Assembly: GCA_002390705.1 (NCBI GenBank)
Contig: DGQA01000031.1
Location: 10,923 to 74,922 of the forward strand
Origin: Actinobacteria bacterium UBA4426
GTDB lineage: Bacteria; Actinomycetota; Actinomycetes; S36-B12
Length of the DNA stretch: 64,000 nucleotides
Reading direction: 5' to 3'
Position 1 is the stretch's first letter; each line of letters opens with the position of its first letter. Positions 45,620 to 55,863 of this stretch are shown here, in pieces. Under the pieces are notes generated by a model that had not been told where the DNA came from, did not search any database, and saw only the letters and a program-made list of their open reading frames with translations. Both the position numbers and the translations under genes were made by a program.

Positions 45620-45695
45620 GCCAGAGCAGACGCACTAAGAACCCCAATCCCACACCAATTGAAATTAACAACACTGCCGAGAAGAATCGTTTCAC
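45597..45695 (-). CDS. Candidate small membrane protein (32 aa), unannotated
   Basis: Hand translation from the GTG at 45695, 5 nt downstream of GGAGGT, gives (M)KRFFSAVLLISIGVGLGFLVRLLWPTGESKI*, which has one TM helix. It is below the ORF-track size cut-off and overlaps the cwlM 3' end by 23 nt. Confidence 0.25.
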   Translation of the reverse strand: MKRFFSAVLLISIGVGLGFLVRLLWPTGESKI

Positions 45696-45727
45696 CTCGC
45701 ACCTCCTATCCATGAAAGAATACGCCC

Positions 45728-46162
45728 ATGACAAATTGGAGTGGCTACGCCCACCGGGTTCGCTTTAGCGAAGTTGACCCACAGAGCATTGTGTTTAATT
45801 CCCGCTACCTTGAGTTTTTTGACGCGGCAAGCATTGAGTTCTTCCGCTTCTTCGGGTACCCCCCAGACCTGATGCAGTCTGCTGGATTGGAACCGGTCCT
45901 AGTTGAAGTCAATCTTCGCTACCACCGATCAGCTCAACTCGATCAGATCATTCACATCAGCATTACTTGTTCACGGCTAGGAAATTCGAGTTTTGATTTA
46001 GATTTTGAAGCTCGGATTCAAGATCCTGAAAGTAGTTCGCTAGGAACTGATTTAGTCACTTCAGCAAAAATAACCTATGTCAACGTAGATCAGGTGACGA
46101 GGGAATCAGTACCGATCCCGATCGCGTTCCGCGAGTTTCTCGCTACAACAATTCCAGAATAG
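45728..46162 (+). CDS. Hotdog-fold acyl-CoA thioesterase (4HBT/YbgC-like)
   Basis: YAHRVRFSEVDPQSIVFNSRYLEFFDAASIEFFR, with the conserved Asp in the 4HBT context. 144 aa. Confidence 0.7.
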   Translation: MTNWSGYAHRVRFSEVDPQSIVFNSRYLEFFDAASIEFFRFFGYPPDLMQSAGLEPVLVEVNLRYHRSAQLDQIIHISITCSRLGNSSFDLDFEARIQDPESSSLGTDLVTSAKITYVNVDQVTRESVPIPIAFREFLATTIPE

Positions 46163-47282
46163 TTGCATTGGCCATTCCGCCACCTTCGCACATGGTTTGT
46201 AACCCGTATCGGATGTTGTTGCGCCGCATGTGATGAACCAGAGTTGTCATAATGCGAGCACCGGAGGCGCCTAATGGGTGCCCGAGGGCAATCGCGCCAC
46301 CGTTGGGATTGGTAATCCCGTGATCAGCGCCAGTATCTTTCAACCAGGCACCTACTACGCAAGCGAATGCCTCATTGACTTCGAAGACCCCAATGTCACC
46401 GAGGGAAAGCCCTGATTTAGTAAGCACTTTCTCAGTAGCAGGAATAGGCCCGGTCAACATGATCACTGGATCAACACCCGCCATAGCATTGGTGTGCACT
46501 CGAACAATTGGCTGCAACCCCAACTCCTTGGCCCGTTCACTGGTCATCACAAGTAGTGCGGCGGATCCATCAGAGATTTGCGAAGCGTTTCCAGCTGTAA
46601 CAACACCCTTAGGGTTAAAAGCGGGTTTTAATACTGACAGGGTTTCAGTAGTTGTTCCGGGGCGAATTCCTTGATCGACACTCACTCCCGCAATAGGTAA
46701 CGTCTCAGAGTCAAAAATTCCGTCACTGCTCGCCTTGGCGGCACGCTGCTGGGAAATAGCAGCGATCTCATCTAGTTGCTCGCGCGAAAGTGCCCACTGC
46801 TCGGCAATCATTTCGGCACTTAAGCCTTGGGGAACCAGATGTGGGTAGTGCTTCAACATCTCGGGACTAAATGGTCCGTCTCCACCCGCCATATTGCTAA
46901 ACATCGGTACCCGCGACATGGATTCAACACCACCAGCGATAACAATGTCGGAATTGCCGCTGATGACCGATGCGGCAGCGAAAGCAACGGCCTGTTGGCT
47001 TGAGCCGCACTGACGGTCAATTGTGGTTCCGGTGACACTTTGTGGGAATCCGGCTGCCAAGGCGGCGTTACGTCCAATATTGGTGCTTTGTTCGCCTACT
47101 TGACCCACACATCCCCAATACACGTCTTCGACTAGATGGGATTCAATCCCAGCACGGTTAATTACCTCGCGCAGGATCGCCGCGCTGACATCCACCGGAT
47201 GCATTTCGCTGAGGGCGCCTTTCCCTGGTTTTCCAATCCCTACCGGAGTTCGAACGGCTTCAACAATTACGGCGTCTCTCAT
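46143..47282 (-). CDS. Acetyl-CoA C-acetyltransferase/acyltransferase (thiolase)
   Basis: Active-site Cys region IDRQCGSSQQA, and C-terminal NPNGGAIALGHPLGASGARI and CEGGGMANA. Confidence 0.9.
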   Translation of the reverse strand: MRDAVIVEAVRTPVGIGKPGKGALSEMHPVDVSAAILREVINRAGIESHLVEDVYWGCVGQVGEQSTNIGRNAALAAGFPQSVTGTTIDRQCGSSQQAVAFAAASVISGNSDIVIAGGVESMSRVPMFSNMAGGDGPFSPEMLKHYPHLVPQGLSAEMIAEQWALSREQLDEIAAISQQRAAKASSDGIFDSETLPIAGVSVDQGIRPGTTTETLSVLKPAFNPKGVVTAGNASQISDGSAALLVMTSERAKELGLQPIVRVHTNAMAGVDPVIMLTGPIPATEKVLTKSGLSLGDIGVFEVNEAFACVVGAWLKDTGADHGITNPNGGAIALGHPLGASGARIMTTLVHHMRRNNIRYGLQTMCEGGGMANATILELL

Positions 47283-47312
47283 GGTTTAAGTATTCCTTAT
47301 CCGGAGTAAGTT

Positions 47313-48155
47313 CTAGGTAATAAGTTGGGTAACAGGTTCCAGCAGATCATTTATCTGGTTTGTACGCAGCATGGTAAGTGCAATCAACATAAAAACCAGG
47401 CTCAAGACACCCGCAATTTGGACCGGTATTCGGATTCTTTTCGGTGGAAACACCATGATTGTGGCTACTACAGCACCCACAATTAGCCCACCAAAATGTG
47501 CACGCCAATCAACAAGTGGTGAGAAGAAGCCGATTGCCACGTTGATAGCGAGTAGAAGTAGCACTTGGCTAATGTCGTAACGCAATCTGCGCCCAGCGAC
47601 AATTAACGCACCCATCAGTCCAAATATCGCACCGGAAGCACCGACGGAGACGGTGTTTAAGTCGGAGAACCAGTAGGAAGCAACTGAGCCTCCCAAAGCA
47701 GCTAAGAGGTAGAGAACAGTGAAGCGAGTGTGACCAAGGATGCGCTCAAGTGTTGATCCAAGAAAAAACAATATGTACATGTTGAACGCGATGTGAATAA
47801 AAGATCCATGTAAGAAGGCACTGGTAAATAGTCTCCACGATTCGCCACCTTGAGCGATTGCTACCGGATACATGCCGTATTCCACGGCGACTTGATTGAT
47901 TCCTTCTAGATACTGGATCGCAAAAAAAAGAACGTTGATGCCAATGAGTGAATATGTCACGCGCGGGGTGGTGATCACTGCTCCACCAGCGACAGTTCTT
48001 GTTACTGGCGGAGCAGTGGCTTTCATGCAGTCTGGGCACCGGTAGCCGACGGGTGCTGCGATCATGCAGTTGGTACAAATTGGTTTTTCACACCGTGAAC
48101 ACGAGATGCGGGTGGGTCTATCTGTGTGCCGATAGCACGAAGGGGAATCTTCCAC
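47313..48155 (-). CDS. Rhomboid-family intramembrane serine protease with an N-terminal zinc-ribbon
   Basis: N-terminal CYRH...CSRCEKPIC..C...CPDC. Rhomboid motifs WRLFTSAFLHGSFIHIAFNM and GASGAIFGLMGA, plus a downstream His (HFGG). Confidence 0.85.
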   Translation of the reverse strand: MEDSPSCYRHTDRPTRISCSRCEKPICTNCMIAAPVGYRCPDCMKATAPPVTRTVAGGAVITTPRVTYSLIGINVLFFAIQYLEGINQVAVEYGMYPVAIAQGGESWRLFTSAFLHGSFIHIAFNMYILFFLGSTLERILGHTRFTVLYLLAALGGSVASYWFSDLNTVSVGASGAIFGLMGALIVAGRRLRYDISQVLLLLAINVAIGFFSPLVDWRAHFGGLIVGAVVATIMVFPPKRIRIPVQIAGVLSLVFMLIALTMLRTNQINDLLEPVTQLIT

Positions 48156-48160
48156 TTAAT

Positions 48161-48679
48161 TTAGGTGCGAATAATTTCAATCGACTGCATCACCACGTCA
48201 ACCTTGGGGCGATCCTGGGATCCGGTTTCAACTGCAGCGATCGCATCCACAACGTCGCGGCTAGCTTGATCAGCGACTTCCCCAAAGATTGTGTGTTTGA
48301 AGTTTAACCACGTGGTTGCTGCAACGGTGACGAAGAACTGGGATCCATTGGTGCCTGGACCTGCATTTGCCATGGCTAGAATGTAAGGCTTATCAAATGT
48401 GAGTTCGGGGTGTGCTTCGTCCTCGAATCGGTAACCGGGGCCGCCTGTTCCGGTACCCAGTGGGTCTCCGCCCTGAATCATGAAACCGGGGATAATCCGG
48501 TGAAAGACCAAGTCTTTGTACAAAGGTGCACTCGACTTCGCGCTCACCCGTGGGTCAGTCCATTCCTTGGTTCCCTCGGACAACCCGGTGAAGTTTTCCA
48601 CCGTTTTAGGGGCATGGTCAGGGAAAAGATTGCAGTTAATGTCCCCGAGGTTTGTATGAATAATCGCTTGTAGTGTCAT
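48161..48679 (-). CDS. ppiA: Peptidyl-prolyl cis-trans isomerase (cyclophilin type)
   Basis: FHRIIPGFMIQGGDP...GGPGYRFEDE...LAMANAGPGTNGSQFF is the cyclophilin signature. Confidence 0.95.
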   Translation of the reverse strand: MTLQAIIHTNLGDINCNLFPDHAPKTVENFTGLSEGTKEWTDPRVSAKSSAPLYKDLVFHRIIPGFMIQGGDPLGTGTGGPGYRFEDEAHPELTFDKPYILAMANAGPGTNGSQFFVTVAATTWLNFKHTIFGEVADQASRDVVDAIAAVETGSQDRPKVDVVMQSIEIIRT

Positions 48680-48798
48680 GTGCAGATACTTTCACGCTAC
48701 CGTTAGGGGTACTCGCGCGGGCGGTGAATTTGCCCACGCAATGCTTCACGGGCGTAATGCCCGTGTTCCGGGTCACCAGTAAGCGAAACGAGGAATTG

Positions 48799-48871
48799 TG
48801 GAGCTTAGGAGACTCGAACTCCTGACATCTGCCTTGCAAAGGCAGCGCTCTACCAACTGAGCTAAAGCCCC
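48799..48871 (-). tRNA. tRNA-Ala (anticodon UGC)
   Basis: The minus strand GGGGCTTTAGCTCAGTTGGTAGAGCGCTGCCTTTGCAAGGCAGATGTCAGGAGTTCGAGTCTCCTAAGCTCCA folds into a cloverleaf by hand. The G3:U70 identity pair is present and the anticodon loop is TTTGCAA. CCA is not encoded. Confidence 0.9.
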
Positions 48872-48928
48872 TCATGTTGCGGGTTGCGTATCGATTGCGC
48901 CGAACCTGTGTTCAGTGCGAGCCGAATG

Positions 48929-49054
48929 CTAGCGCAGGTCCTGATCGGCTCCGACTTCAGACCAAAGATCGTCGTCACTCTGATTTGCGGTGACCTGCCG
49001 GAATACCAGGTATCCAACTCCAGCCAAGATGGCAAGTAAAAGCAGTTTCTTCAT
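48929..49054 (-). CDS. Small single-pass membrane protein with a DLW motif (41 aa)
   Basis: MKKLLLLAILAGVGYLVFRQVTANQSDDDLWSEVGADQDLR. This is the only plausible part of ORF 48929-49237; the remainder of that ORF is the antisense of tRNA-Ile. It resembles what I recall as the short actinobacterial 'DLW-39' family, but this is unverified. Confidence 0.45.
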   Translation of the reverse strand: MKKLLLLAILAGVGYLVFRQVTANQSDDDLWSEVGADQDLR

Positions 49055-49101
49055 ACCGTGAAGATACACGCTTAACGAAGTTGCTCCACACCTACCTCTC
49101 G

Positions 49102-49176
49102 TGGGCCCAGATGGACTTGAACCATCGACCTCTTCCTTATCAGGGAAGCGCTCTAACCAAGCTGAGCTATGGGCCC
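49102..49176 (-). tRNA. tRNA-Ile (anticodon GAU)
   Basis: The minus strand GGGCCCATAGCTCAGCTTGGTTAGAGCGCTTCCCTGATAAGGAAGAGGTCGATGGTTCAAGTCCATCTGGGCCCA forms a complete cloverleaf. The anticodon loop is CTGATAA. Confidence 0.9.
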
Positions 49177-49289
49177 GAAATAGCGTGCCGAGACTACCTG
49201 ACCACTCACCCCCGGATACATGGGGATGTGATTTCACCCGTTAATGCCTATGCCGTGATAGTGAAAAGGGAGCCCGGTAACCTTGTCAG

Positions 49290-50153
49290 ATGAAGGGAAT
49301 AATTCTGGCTGGTGGGACCGGGAGCCGTTTGTGGCCCATTACCAAGGGTGTGAGTAAGCAACTGCTCCCCGTCTACGACAAACCGATGCTGCACTACCCC
49401 TTGGCCACCTTGATGGCAGCCGGTATCCGTGAAGTCTTGGTGATTACGACCCCTGAGGACTCGGAGTCCTTCTCCCGGCTTCTAGGTAACGGTTCAGAGT
49501 GGGGAATGTCGATCACTTTTGCAACCCAGCCACGGCCTGAAGGGCTTGCCCAAGCGTTTTTAATCGGTGAAGAATTCTTGGCCGGCGACTCTGTGGCGTT
49601 GATCCTGGGTGACAATCTTTTCTATGGCGCTTCCTTAGGACGTAAACTTGCAGAGTTGACATCAGTTGAGGGTGCACATGTGTTCGCCTACGAGGTTGCC
49701 AACCCCAGTGAATATGGTGTTGTCGTATTTGATGACAACGGGGTTGCGCTCTCGATCGAGGAAAAGCCAAAGAGCCCTCAGAGCTCTTATGCTGTTCCTG
49801 GCTTGTATTTTTACGACAACACTGTTGTTGCGGTGGCCAAGTCGATCAAGCCTTCTGATCGCGGTGAACTAGAAATTACCACCGTTAACGACCATTACTT
49901 ACAGGCTGGGAAACTAAAAGTGGCGGTTTTGGAGCGGGGAACTGCGTGGTTGGATACGGGAACGTTTCGATCACTGCAAGACGCCGGAGAGTTTGTGCGG
50001 GTGATGGAAGACCGCACTGGAACCAAGGTGGGTTGTGTTGAAGAAATTTCTTGGCGTAATGGTTGGATCTCTTCCGAACAGCTCTTGACCTTAGCGCAAC
50101 CGTTACTCAAGAGTGGATACGGCGACTATCTTGTTGCACTTGCCAATAAGTAA
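49290..50153 (+). CDS. rmlA: Glucose-1-phosphate thymidylyltransferase
   Basis: [33 protein letters not shown] is the canonical RmlA N-terminus. 287 aa. Confidence 0.9.
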   Translation: MKGIILAGGTGSRLWPITKGVSKQLLPVYDKPMLHYPLATLMAAGIREVLVITTPEDSESFSRLLGNGSEWGMSITFATQPRPEGLAQAFLIGEEFLAGDSVALILGDNLFYGASLGRKLAELTSVEGAHVFAYEVANPSEYGVVVFDDNGVALSIEEKPKSPQSSYAVPGLYFYDNTVVAVAKSIKPSDRGELEITTVNDHYLQAGKLKVAVLERGTAWLDTGTFRSLQDAGEFVRVMEDRTGTKVGCVEEISWRNGWISSEQLLTLAQPLLKSGYGDYLVALANK

Positions 50154-50168
50154 TTAAAAAAATTATGG

Positions 50169-50543
50169 TTAAGCGTCTTCAGAGAGCACAACTTCAACAC
50201 CGCCGGTAATTCCTACCGTTAAGTTGTACAGGATTGTGAAAAGCCCAGCAAATGTGGAAACTAAAACTATCTCGACTGAAGCAAGAATAAGGGTAGAACC
50301 GATCACTTGACTAAATCCTAATGAAGTAACGAGGTCAAGCCCACTGGTGCTGCCCACCACGTCGGTAACTGTGCCTGACAAAGATTCGATTACCCCGGTG
50401 CGATCCAAAATGAACCAGACGGCAGTGACAGCTACCACAAGAACAATGGCGATTGTTAGTGAAAGGATGAAGGCCGCTTTGGTCACCGACCAGGGATCGA
50501 ACCTGGTCACGTACAGACGGACCCGCCGCGGACCCCCACTCAC
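50169..50543 (-). CDS. DUF3566-family membrane protein (Rv0007-like) downstream of gyrA
   Basis: [34 protein letters not shown]... is the typical DUF3566 core. ATGA overlap with the gyrA stop. Confidence 0.75.
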   Translation of the reverse strand: MSGGPRRVRLYVTRFDPWSVTKAAFILSLTIAIVLVVAVTAVWFILDRTGVIESLSGTVTDVVGSTSGLDLVTSLGFSQVIGSTLILASVEIVLVSTFAGLFTILYNLTVGITGGVEVVLSEDA

Positions 50544-53119
50544 TCTGTTGCCTGACCCGTGGCTGCATCGATTTCGTCAGCTACCTCAGTGATGTCGGTT
50601 AACTGGGTTCCTTCGTTAGCATCTTCGTTAGCATCTTCGTCATCGTCATCGTCTTCCGCGCCTTTAGCTACGGCTACAACCGTTGTGTCGTCACCTAATC
50701 GCATCATGCGTACACCCATAGTGTCCCGACCAGAAGCCCGGATTTCATCAACTTTGGTGCGGATCACTACACCGTTAGAGGCAATAGCGAAGATTTGATC
50801 TGTGTGCGAACACACCATGGCGCCAACTAATTCACCGCGCTGCTCAGGGAGCTTCATGGCGCGCACGCCCTTGATCCCTCGGCCTTTGGCGGCCCACTCA
50901 TCAACTGACGTCCTTTTAGCAAACCCACCGTCAGTGATAGTCACCACAAAGGTTCCAGGGGTGACTACATCCATTGACAGTAGGGCGTCGTCTTCGCGGA
51001 AACGCATCCCGATCACACCGCCCGTTGCTCGCCCCATGGGGCGTAAAGTCGCGTCATTGGCTGTGAAACGCGCTGAGAGACCTTTTTTGGAAACAAGAAG
51101 TAAGTCATCGGTTTCTGACACCAGACGCGCCCCATTAAGTTCATCACCATCGTGGAGGTTGATCGCAATGATTCCTCCTTGACGGTTGGTGTCGTACTCA
51201 CTTAGGCGTGTTTTTTTCACCATGCCGGTGCGGGTTGATAGCACTAAGTAATCACTTTCGGCATAGTTGGGAATTGCCAGCACTTGCGCAATCGTTTCAT
51301 CTGTTTGAAACGCCAACAGGTTGGCAACATGTTGTCCCCGTGCGTCCCGGCCTGTTTCAGGAAGCTGGTAGGCCTTTGCCCGATACACCCGACCAAGGTT
51401 TGTGAAGAACAAAATCCAATGGTGGGTAGTGCTGACGAACATGTGTTCAACTACATCGTCCTGGCGTAGGTTGGCCCCTTTAACTCCACGACCGCCGCGG
51501 CGTTGGGCTCGGTAAAGATCACTGTGGGTCCGTTTTGCGTACCCACCTGAAGTTATCGTGACGACGACGTCTTCGACGGCAATGAGATCCTCGTCAGTGA
51601 CGTCACCGTCCCAGGCCACGATCTCGGTTCTCCGGTCGTCACCGAATTTGTCAGAAATCTCGGTGAGTTCGTCACTCACTATTGCGCGTTGACGCTGGTC
51701 TGATGCCAAGATGTCGTTGTAGTCAGCCACTTTAACCATGAGATCGTTATATTCGTCAACTATTTTTTTGCGTTCAAGTGCTGCTAGACGGCGTAGCTGC
51801 ATATCAAGAATTGCTGTTGCTTGAATCTCATTAATCTCAAGAAGGTCGATTAGCCCGACGCGGGCATCTTCAACGGTCGCACTTGCGCGAATCAAGGCAA
51901 TGACCGCGTCTAACGCATCGAGTGCTTTAAGGTAGCCACTGAGAATATGAGCACGCTCCTCCGCTTTACGTAGGCGGAAACGAGTGCGTCGTTGAATTAC
52001 TTCAATTTGATGTAACACCCAGTAACTCAGGAATTGCTCTAGCGTCAAAGTGCGTGGCACTGAATCTACGAGTGCCAGCATGTTGGCACCGAAGTTGTCT
52101 TGGAGCTGGGTGTGCTTGTACAGCTGATTTAACACTACCTGGGCGACCGCGTCGCGTTTAAGTTCAATGATCAAACGCATACCCGTACGCGATGATGAAT
52201 CATCACGGACGTCAGAGATTCCGGTGAGTTTTGCTTCACCGACGAGTTCAGCGATCCGTAGGAGAAGATTATCTGGATTTACCTGATAAGGAAGTGCCGT
52301 GACAACGAGGATTTGCCGTCCTCTTTTATCCTCGTCGACGGTAACCACTGCGCGCATGGTGATTGAGCCACGACCGGTCCGTTGAGCGTCCTCGATTCCT
52401 TTACGCCCCACAATCAAGGCCCCTGTGGGAAAGTCAGGACCCTTGACTAAATCCATCAATGCCGCTTGGCGCTCTTCAACTGTTGACTCAGGGTTGGACA
52501 GCAACCACTGCGCACCGGCTGCGATCTCACGCAAATTGTGTGGGGGGATATTGGTGGCCATACCAACTGCGATACCTGAACTCCCATTTACCAAAAGGTT
52601 GGGGAATCGACTTGGTAGTACCGAGGGTTCCAGGGTACGACCGTCATAGTTTGGTTGAAAGTTGACGGTTTCTTCGTCGATATCGCGCACCATCTCCATG
52701 GCGAGTGAGGCCATGCGACACTCGGTATAGCGCTGTGCTGCGGGGGGATCATTGCCTGGTGAACCAAAGTTTCCTTGGCCTTGTACAAGCGGGTACCGCA
52801 ATGACCACGGTTGGGCTAGGCGTACCAGTGCGTCGTAGATCGCGCTGTCACCATGTGGGTGGAAGTTACCCATGACGTCGCCCACGACACGGGCACTCTT
52901 AGAGAAGTTGCGATCCGGACGGTAACCACCGTCGTACATTGCATATAAAACGCGACGGTGAACTGGCTTGAGCCCATCGCGTACGTCGGGTAATGCGCGA
53001 GAGACGATCACCGACATGGAATAGTCAAGATAAGAACGCTGCATTTCGGTCTGTAGGTCCACCGGTTCAATTCGACCGTGGTTATTAACTTCTTCTACTA
53101 CTTCAATGTCTTCTGGCAC
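50540..53119 (-). CDS. gyrA: DNA gyrase subunit A
   Basis: [14 protein letters not shown], catalytic Tyr region [30 protein letters not shown], and a C-terminal beta-pinwheel with an acidic tail ([15 protein letters not shown]). Confidence 0.97.
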   Translation of the reverse strand: MPEDIEVVEEVNNHGRIEPVDLQTEMQRSYLDYSMSVIVSRALPDVRDGLKPVHRRVLYAMYDGGYRPDRNFSKSARVVGDVMGNFHPHGDSAIYDALVRLAQPWSLRYPLVQGQGNFGSPGNDPPAAQRYTECRMASLAMEMVRDIDEETVNFQPNYDGRTLEPSVLPSRFPNLLVNGSSGIAVGMATNIPPHNLREIAAGAQWLLSNPESTVEERQAALMDLVKGPDFPTGALIVGRKGIEDAQRTGRGSITMRAVVTVDEDKRGRQILVVTALPYQVNPDNLLLRIAELVGEAKLTGISDVRDDSSSRTGMRLIIELKRDAVAQVVLNQLYKHTQLQDNFGANMLALVDSVPRTLTLEQFLSYWVLHQIEVIQRRTRFRLRKAEERAHILSGYLKALDALDAVIALIRASATVEDARVGLIDLLEINEIQATAILDMQLRRLAALERKKIVDEYNDLMVKVADYNDILASDQRQRAIVSDELTEISDKFGDDRRTEIVAWDGDVTDEDLIAVEDVVVTITSGGYAKRTHSDLYRAQRRGGRGVKGANLRQDDVVEHMFVSTTHHWILFFTNLGRVYRAKAYQLPETGRDARGQHVANLLAFQTDETIAQVLAIPNYAESDYLVLSTRTGMVKKTRLSEYDTNRQGGIIAINLHDGDELNGARLVSETDDLLLVSKKGLSARFTANDATLRPMGRATGGVIGMRFREDDALLSMDVVTPGTFVVTITDGGFAKRTSVDEWAAKGRGIKGVRAMKLPEQRGELVGAMVCSHTDQIFAIASNGVVIRTKVDEIRASGRDTMGVRMMRLGDDTTVVAVAKGAEDDDDDEDANEDANEGTQLTDITEVADEIDAATGQATE

Positions 53120-53146
53120 GTTGTTCTCCGTTAACTATTTTCTTGA

Positions 53147-55117
53147 TTAAATGTCTAAGAAGCGAACATCGCGGGCGTTTTGTTGAATAAAATTTCGTCG
53201 TGACTCAACGTCTTCACCCATAAGCACACTGAACATTTCGTCGGCTTGCGCTGCGTCGTCTAACGTTACTTGGAGTAAAACGCGGTCTGCGGGATTCATG
53301 GTTGTCTCCCACAATTCATCCGCATTCATTTCACCAAGACCTTTGTAACGTTGAATTGATTCTTCTTTCGGAAGTCGTCGACCTGCTGCTAGCCCTGCTT
53401 CCATAAGAGCATCTTTTTCTCTATCTGAATACGCGAAGTCAGCAGCTTCACGTGACCACTTTATTTTGAACAGCGGTGGTTGCGCTAAAAAAACGTGGCC
53501 ATGTTCAACGAGTGGTCGCATAAAGCGGAACAGGAAAGTCAACAACAGTGTTCGAATATGTTGTCCGTCAACATCAGCGTCAGCCATAAGGACAACTTTG
53601 TGGTAGCGTAACCTGTTAAGGTCGAATTCGTCCTGGATACCAGTACCGAAAGCCGAGATCAACGCTTGGACTTCAGTATTTTGTAGTACCCGGTCAATTC
53701 TCGCTTTTTCCACGTTAATGATTTTTCCGCGGATCGGAAGAATTGCCTGGGTGCGCGGATCGCGACCTTGACGCGCTGAACCACCAGCACTGTCGCCCTC
53801 AACAATAAATACTTCACAATCTTCTGGTTCCCGGCTAGAGCAGTCAATGAGCTTACCGGGCATTCCTGCTCCCCCCAGTAGCCCTTTTCGGTTACGTGCC
53901 AGGTCGCGTGCTTTACGTGCTGCTATCCGCGCAGTTGCTGCATTGACTGATTTACGCGCAATTTCTTTGCCTTCGGCGGGATTCTGTTCAAACCAGGCAC
54001 CAAGTTGGTCGTTGACCACCTTTTGGACAAAGGCTTTCATTTCAGTATTTCCTAGTTTGGATTTTGTTTGGCCTTCAAACTGGGGTTCAGCAAGTTTCAC
54101 ACTGACAATCGCGGTAAGCCCCTCTCGGATATCCTCACCGGAAAGATTAATGTCTTTTTCTTTGAGAATATTCCACTCGCGGGAGAATTTATTAACAAGT
54201 GAAGTCAAGGCAGTGCGGAAACCTTCTTCGTGTGTTCCACCTTCTGTGGTGTTAATTGTATTTGCAAACGTGTACACCGACTCTGCATAAGAGTTATTCC
54301 ACTGCATTGAAATTTCGGCACTTAACGTCTTATCCTCATTCTCAGTCGTGAGATCAATAACAGTTGGGTTGGCAATTCCTTTACTCGCATTGATGTGACG
54401 AACAAAGTCAGAGATACCGCCTTCATACATGTAAGACACATGGCGTACCGCTTCGGTGACTTCGGTTGGGTTTTCAGAGTCAATTATTGCAACCGAACCT
54501 GGTCGCTCGTCAGTAAGTTCTAATTTCAGTCCACGGTTAAGGAAGGCCATTTCTTGGAAACGACGGGCGAGTGTTGTGAAATCGTAGGTGGTGGTTTCAA
54601 AAATCTCACCGTCAGCCCAAAAAGTGACCGTGGTTCCCGTGCGATCGGTTTTCTCACCTTTTTCAAGTGGTGCCTCCGGTGCGCCGTACTTGTAATGCTG
54701 ACGGTAAACGAATCCGTCTCGGTGGATTTCAACCGCTAGATCGGTTGAGAGCGCGTTCACAACCGAGACCCCCACGCCGTGTAGGCCACCAGAGACCGAA
54801 TAACCGCTGCCCCCAAATTTCCCACCCGCGTGTAACACGGTTAAAACAACTTCAACAGCTGGCCTTTTCTCAATCGGATGGTCGTCAACGGGGATTCCTC
54901 GACCATCGTCTATTACCCGGATTGCACCGTCGGGCATAATTGTGACTGAAATTTCGGTGGCGTAACCAGCTAAGGCTTCATCGACCGCGTTGTCCACGAC
55001 TTCGTAGACCAAATGGTGGAGGCCTCGTTCACCTGTTGAGCCGATGTACATACCGGGGCGCTTACGCACCGCGTCAAGGCCTTCAAGCACCTGGATCGCA
55101 CTGGCGTCGTAGGACAT
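53147..55117 (-). CDS. gyrB: DNA gyrase subunit B
   Basis: GHKL ATPase motifs ([32 protein letters not shown]), [20 protein letters not shown], and PLRGKI-like [11 protein letters not shown]. Confidence 0.97.
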   Translation of the reverse strand: MSYDASAIQVLEGLDAVRKRPGMYIGSTGERGLHHLVYEVVDNAVDEALAGYATEISVTIMPDGAIRVIDDGRGIPVDDHPIEKRPAVEVVLTVLHAGGKFGGSGYSVSGGLHGVGVSVVNALSTDLAVEIHRDGFVYRQHYKYGAPEAPLEKGEKTDRTGTTVTFWADGEIFETTTYDFTTLARRFQEMAFLNRGLKLELTDERPGSVAIIDSENPTEVTEAVRHVSYMYEGGISDFVRHINASKGIANPTVIDLTTENEDKTLSAEISMQWNNSYAESVYTFANTINTTEGGTHEEGFRTALTSLVNKFSREWNILKEKDINLSGEDIREGLTAIVSVKLAEPQFEGQTKSKLGNTEMKAFVQKVVNDQLGAWFEQNPAEGKEIARKSVNAATARIAARKARDLARNRKGLLGGAGMPGKLIDCSSREPEDCEVFIVEGDSAGGSARQGRDPRTQAILPIRGKIINVEKARIDRVLQNTEVQALISAFGTGIQDEFDLNRLRYHKVVLMADADVDGQHIRTLLLTFLFRFMRPLVEHGHVFLAQPPLFKIKWSREAADFAYSDREKDALMEAGLAAGRRLPKEESIQRYKGLGEMNADELWETTMNPADRVLLQVTLDDAAQADEMFSVLMGEDVESRRNFIQQNARDVRFLDI

Positions 55118-55353
55118 ATTGGCCCCTCCTGGGAGTGAATCTTTTGAGGAAAGTGAACTGGCTTTAGTCTACCCCGAAGTTCTGACATCACCTAGCCTGT
55201 AAAGGCTTACGGAGCCTTAAATGCGCCTAGTGACCCCCTAGTTGCAAGTTGCAGTACGAAATGACGGGTAAAATCCGTCCATTTCCGTCCTAGGGGCCAA
55301 ATTAAGCCATCTGCGTTAACTTCGTGGCCGTGGCCGTAGTTGTAGCCGTAGGC

Positions 55354-55863
55354 CTATCCGTAGGTGTCGCGGGGTCCCCGGCCGGCAACATGCCACGCTC
55401 CCTTTTTCCAGGACGGCCCTTGGGGTCCATAAATTGAGATTTTTAGCACCAGTCCGTCACCGATTTCGGACGCTATTTTTGCCAGGATTTGGTTTTGGAG
55501 TATCCGTAATTGAGTTGCCCAGGCGGTGGACTCCGCGGTGAGACGAAGGGTTCCTTGGTCAAACCCTGCGGGGACACAGTGATCCGCTATTTCAGCACCT
55601 ACTATTTCAGCCCATGAGTTCAGAACTTTTGCCATGGCGGTCTCTTTCTCCCAACCACTTTCGGTCACGAGTTTGTCCAATGCACTCCCAAGAAGTTCAG
55701 GGTCTCTTCCGGCTTGGGTGCCTTTAATAGTCCTTTTAGCCGACGTTCCTTTAGTGGCACGTCGTAAGAGTCGTTCAGCAGCTTGGGCTTGCTCCTGCGG
55801 GGTCACTTCTGGAGTTTGTTCAGGGTCTACTTTCTCAACCAAAAGGAACCACCCCGTGAGCAA
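55354..55863 (-). CDS. dciA: DUF721 protein (DciA-type helicase-loading factor, Rv0004-like)
   Basis: It occupies the conserved position between recF and gyrB. Its C-terminal half (...WAEIVGAEIADHCVPAGFDQGTLRLTAESTAWATQLR...) matches the DUF721 pattern. The start is uncertain: TTG at 55863 or TTG at 55842, both overlapping the recF 3' end. Confidence 0.7.
   Translation of the reverse strand: MLTGWFLLVEKVDPEQTPEVTPQEQAQAAERLLRRATKGTSAKRTIKGTQAGRDPELLGSALDKLVTESGWEKETAMAKVLNSWAEIVGAEIADHCVPAGFDQGTLRLTAESTAWATQLRILQNQILAKIASEIGDGLVLKISIYGPQGPSWKKGAWHVAGRGPRDTYG

Noticed and set aside
45511-45702. The ORF-track 63-aa ORF antisense to cwlM (MRGETILLGSVVNFNW...).
   Set aside because: This frame runs mostly antisense to the conserved cwlM C-terminus. 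The neighbouring frame, which gives the 32-aa TM peptide, is the only candidate I kept, and at low confidence.
48747-48765. The hairpin CACGGGC-gtaat-GCCCGTG between tRNA-Ala and ppiA, considered as a terminator.
   Set aside because: It is a perfect 7-bp stem, but no U-tract follows on the minus strand. It may be a processing or stability element, and there is not enough evidence to call it.
48636-49293. ORFs 48636-48875 -, 49081-49293 +, and the N-terminal 61 codons of 48929-49237 -.
   Set aside because: They are translations of the tRNA-Ala and tRNA-Ile genes or their complements (the typical ...SSVGRALPLQG.. and ..SSAWLERFPDKEEVDGSSPSGPT tRNA-derived peptides).
55118-55353. The 236-bp gyrB upstream region with small hairpins (GACGG-attttac-CCGTC, AGGCT..AGCCT) and a Gly/Tyr-rich read-through frame after the dciA stop, considered as a possible sRNA, riboswitch or stop-codon read-through.
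   Set aside because: I recognise no riboswitch core, the hairpins are short, and the post-stop frame has no supporting evidence. It is most likely the gyrB promoter/leader.
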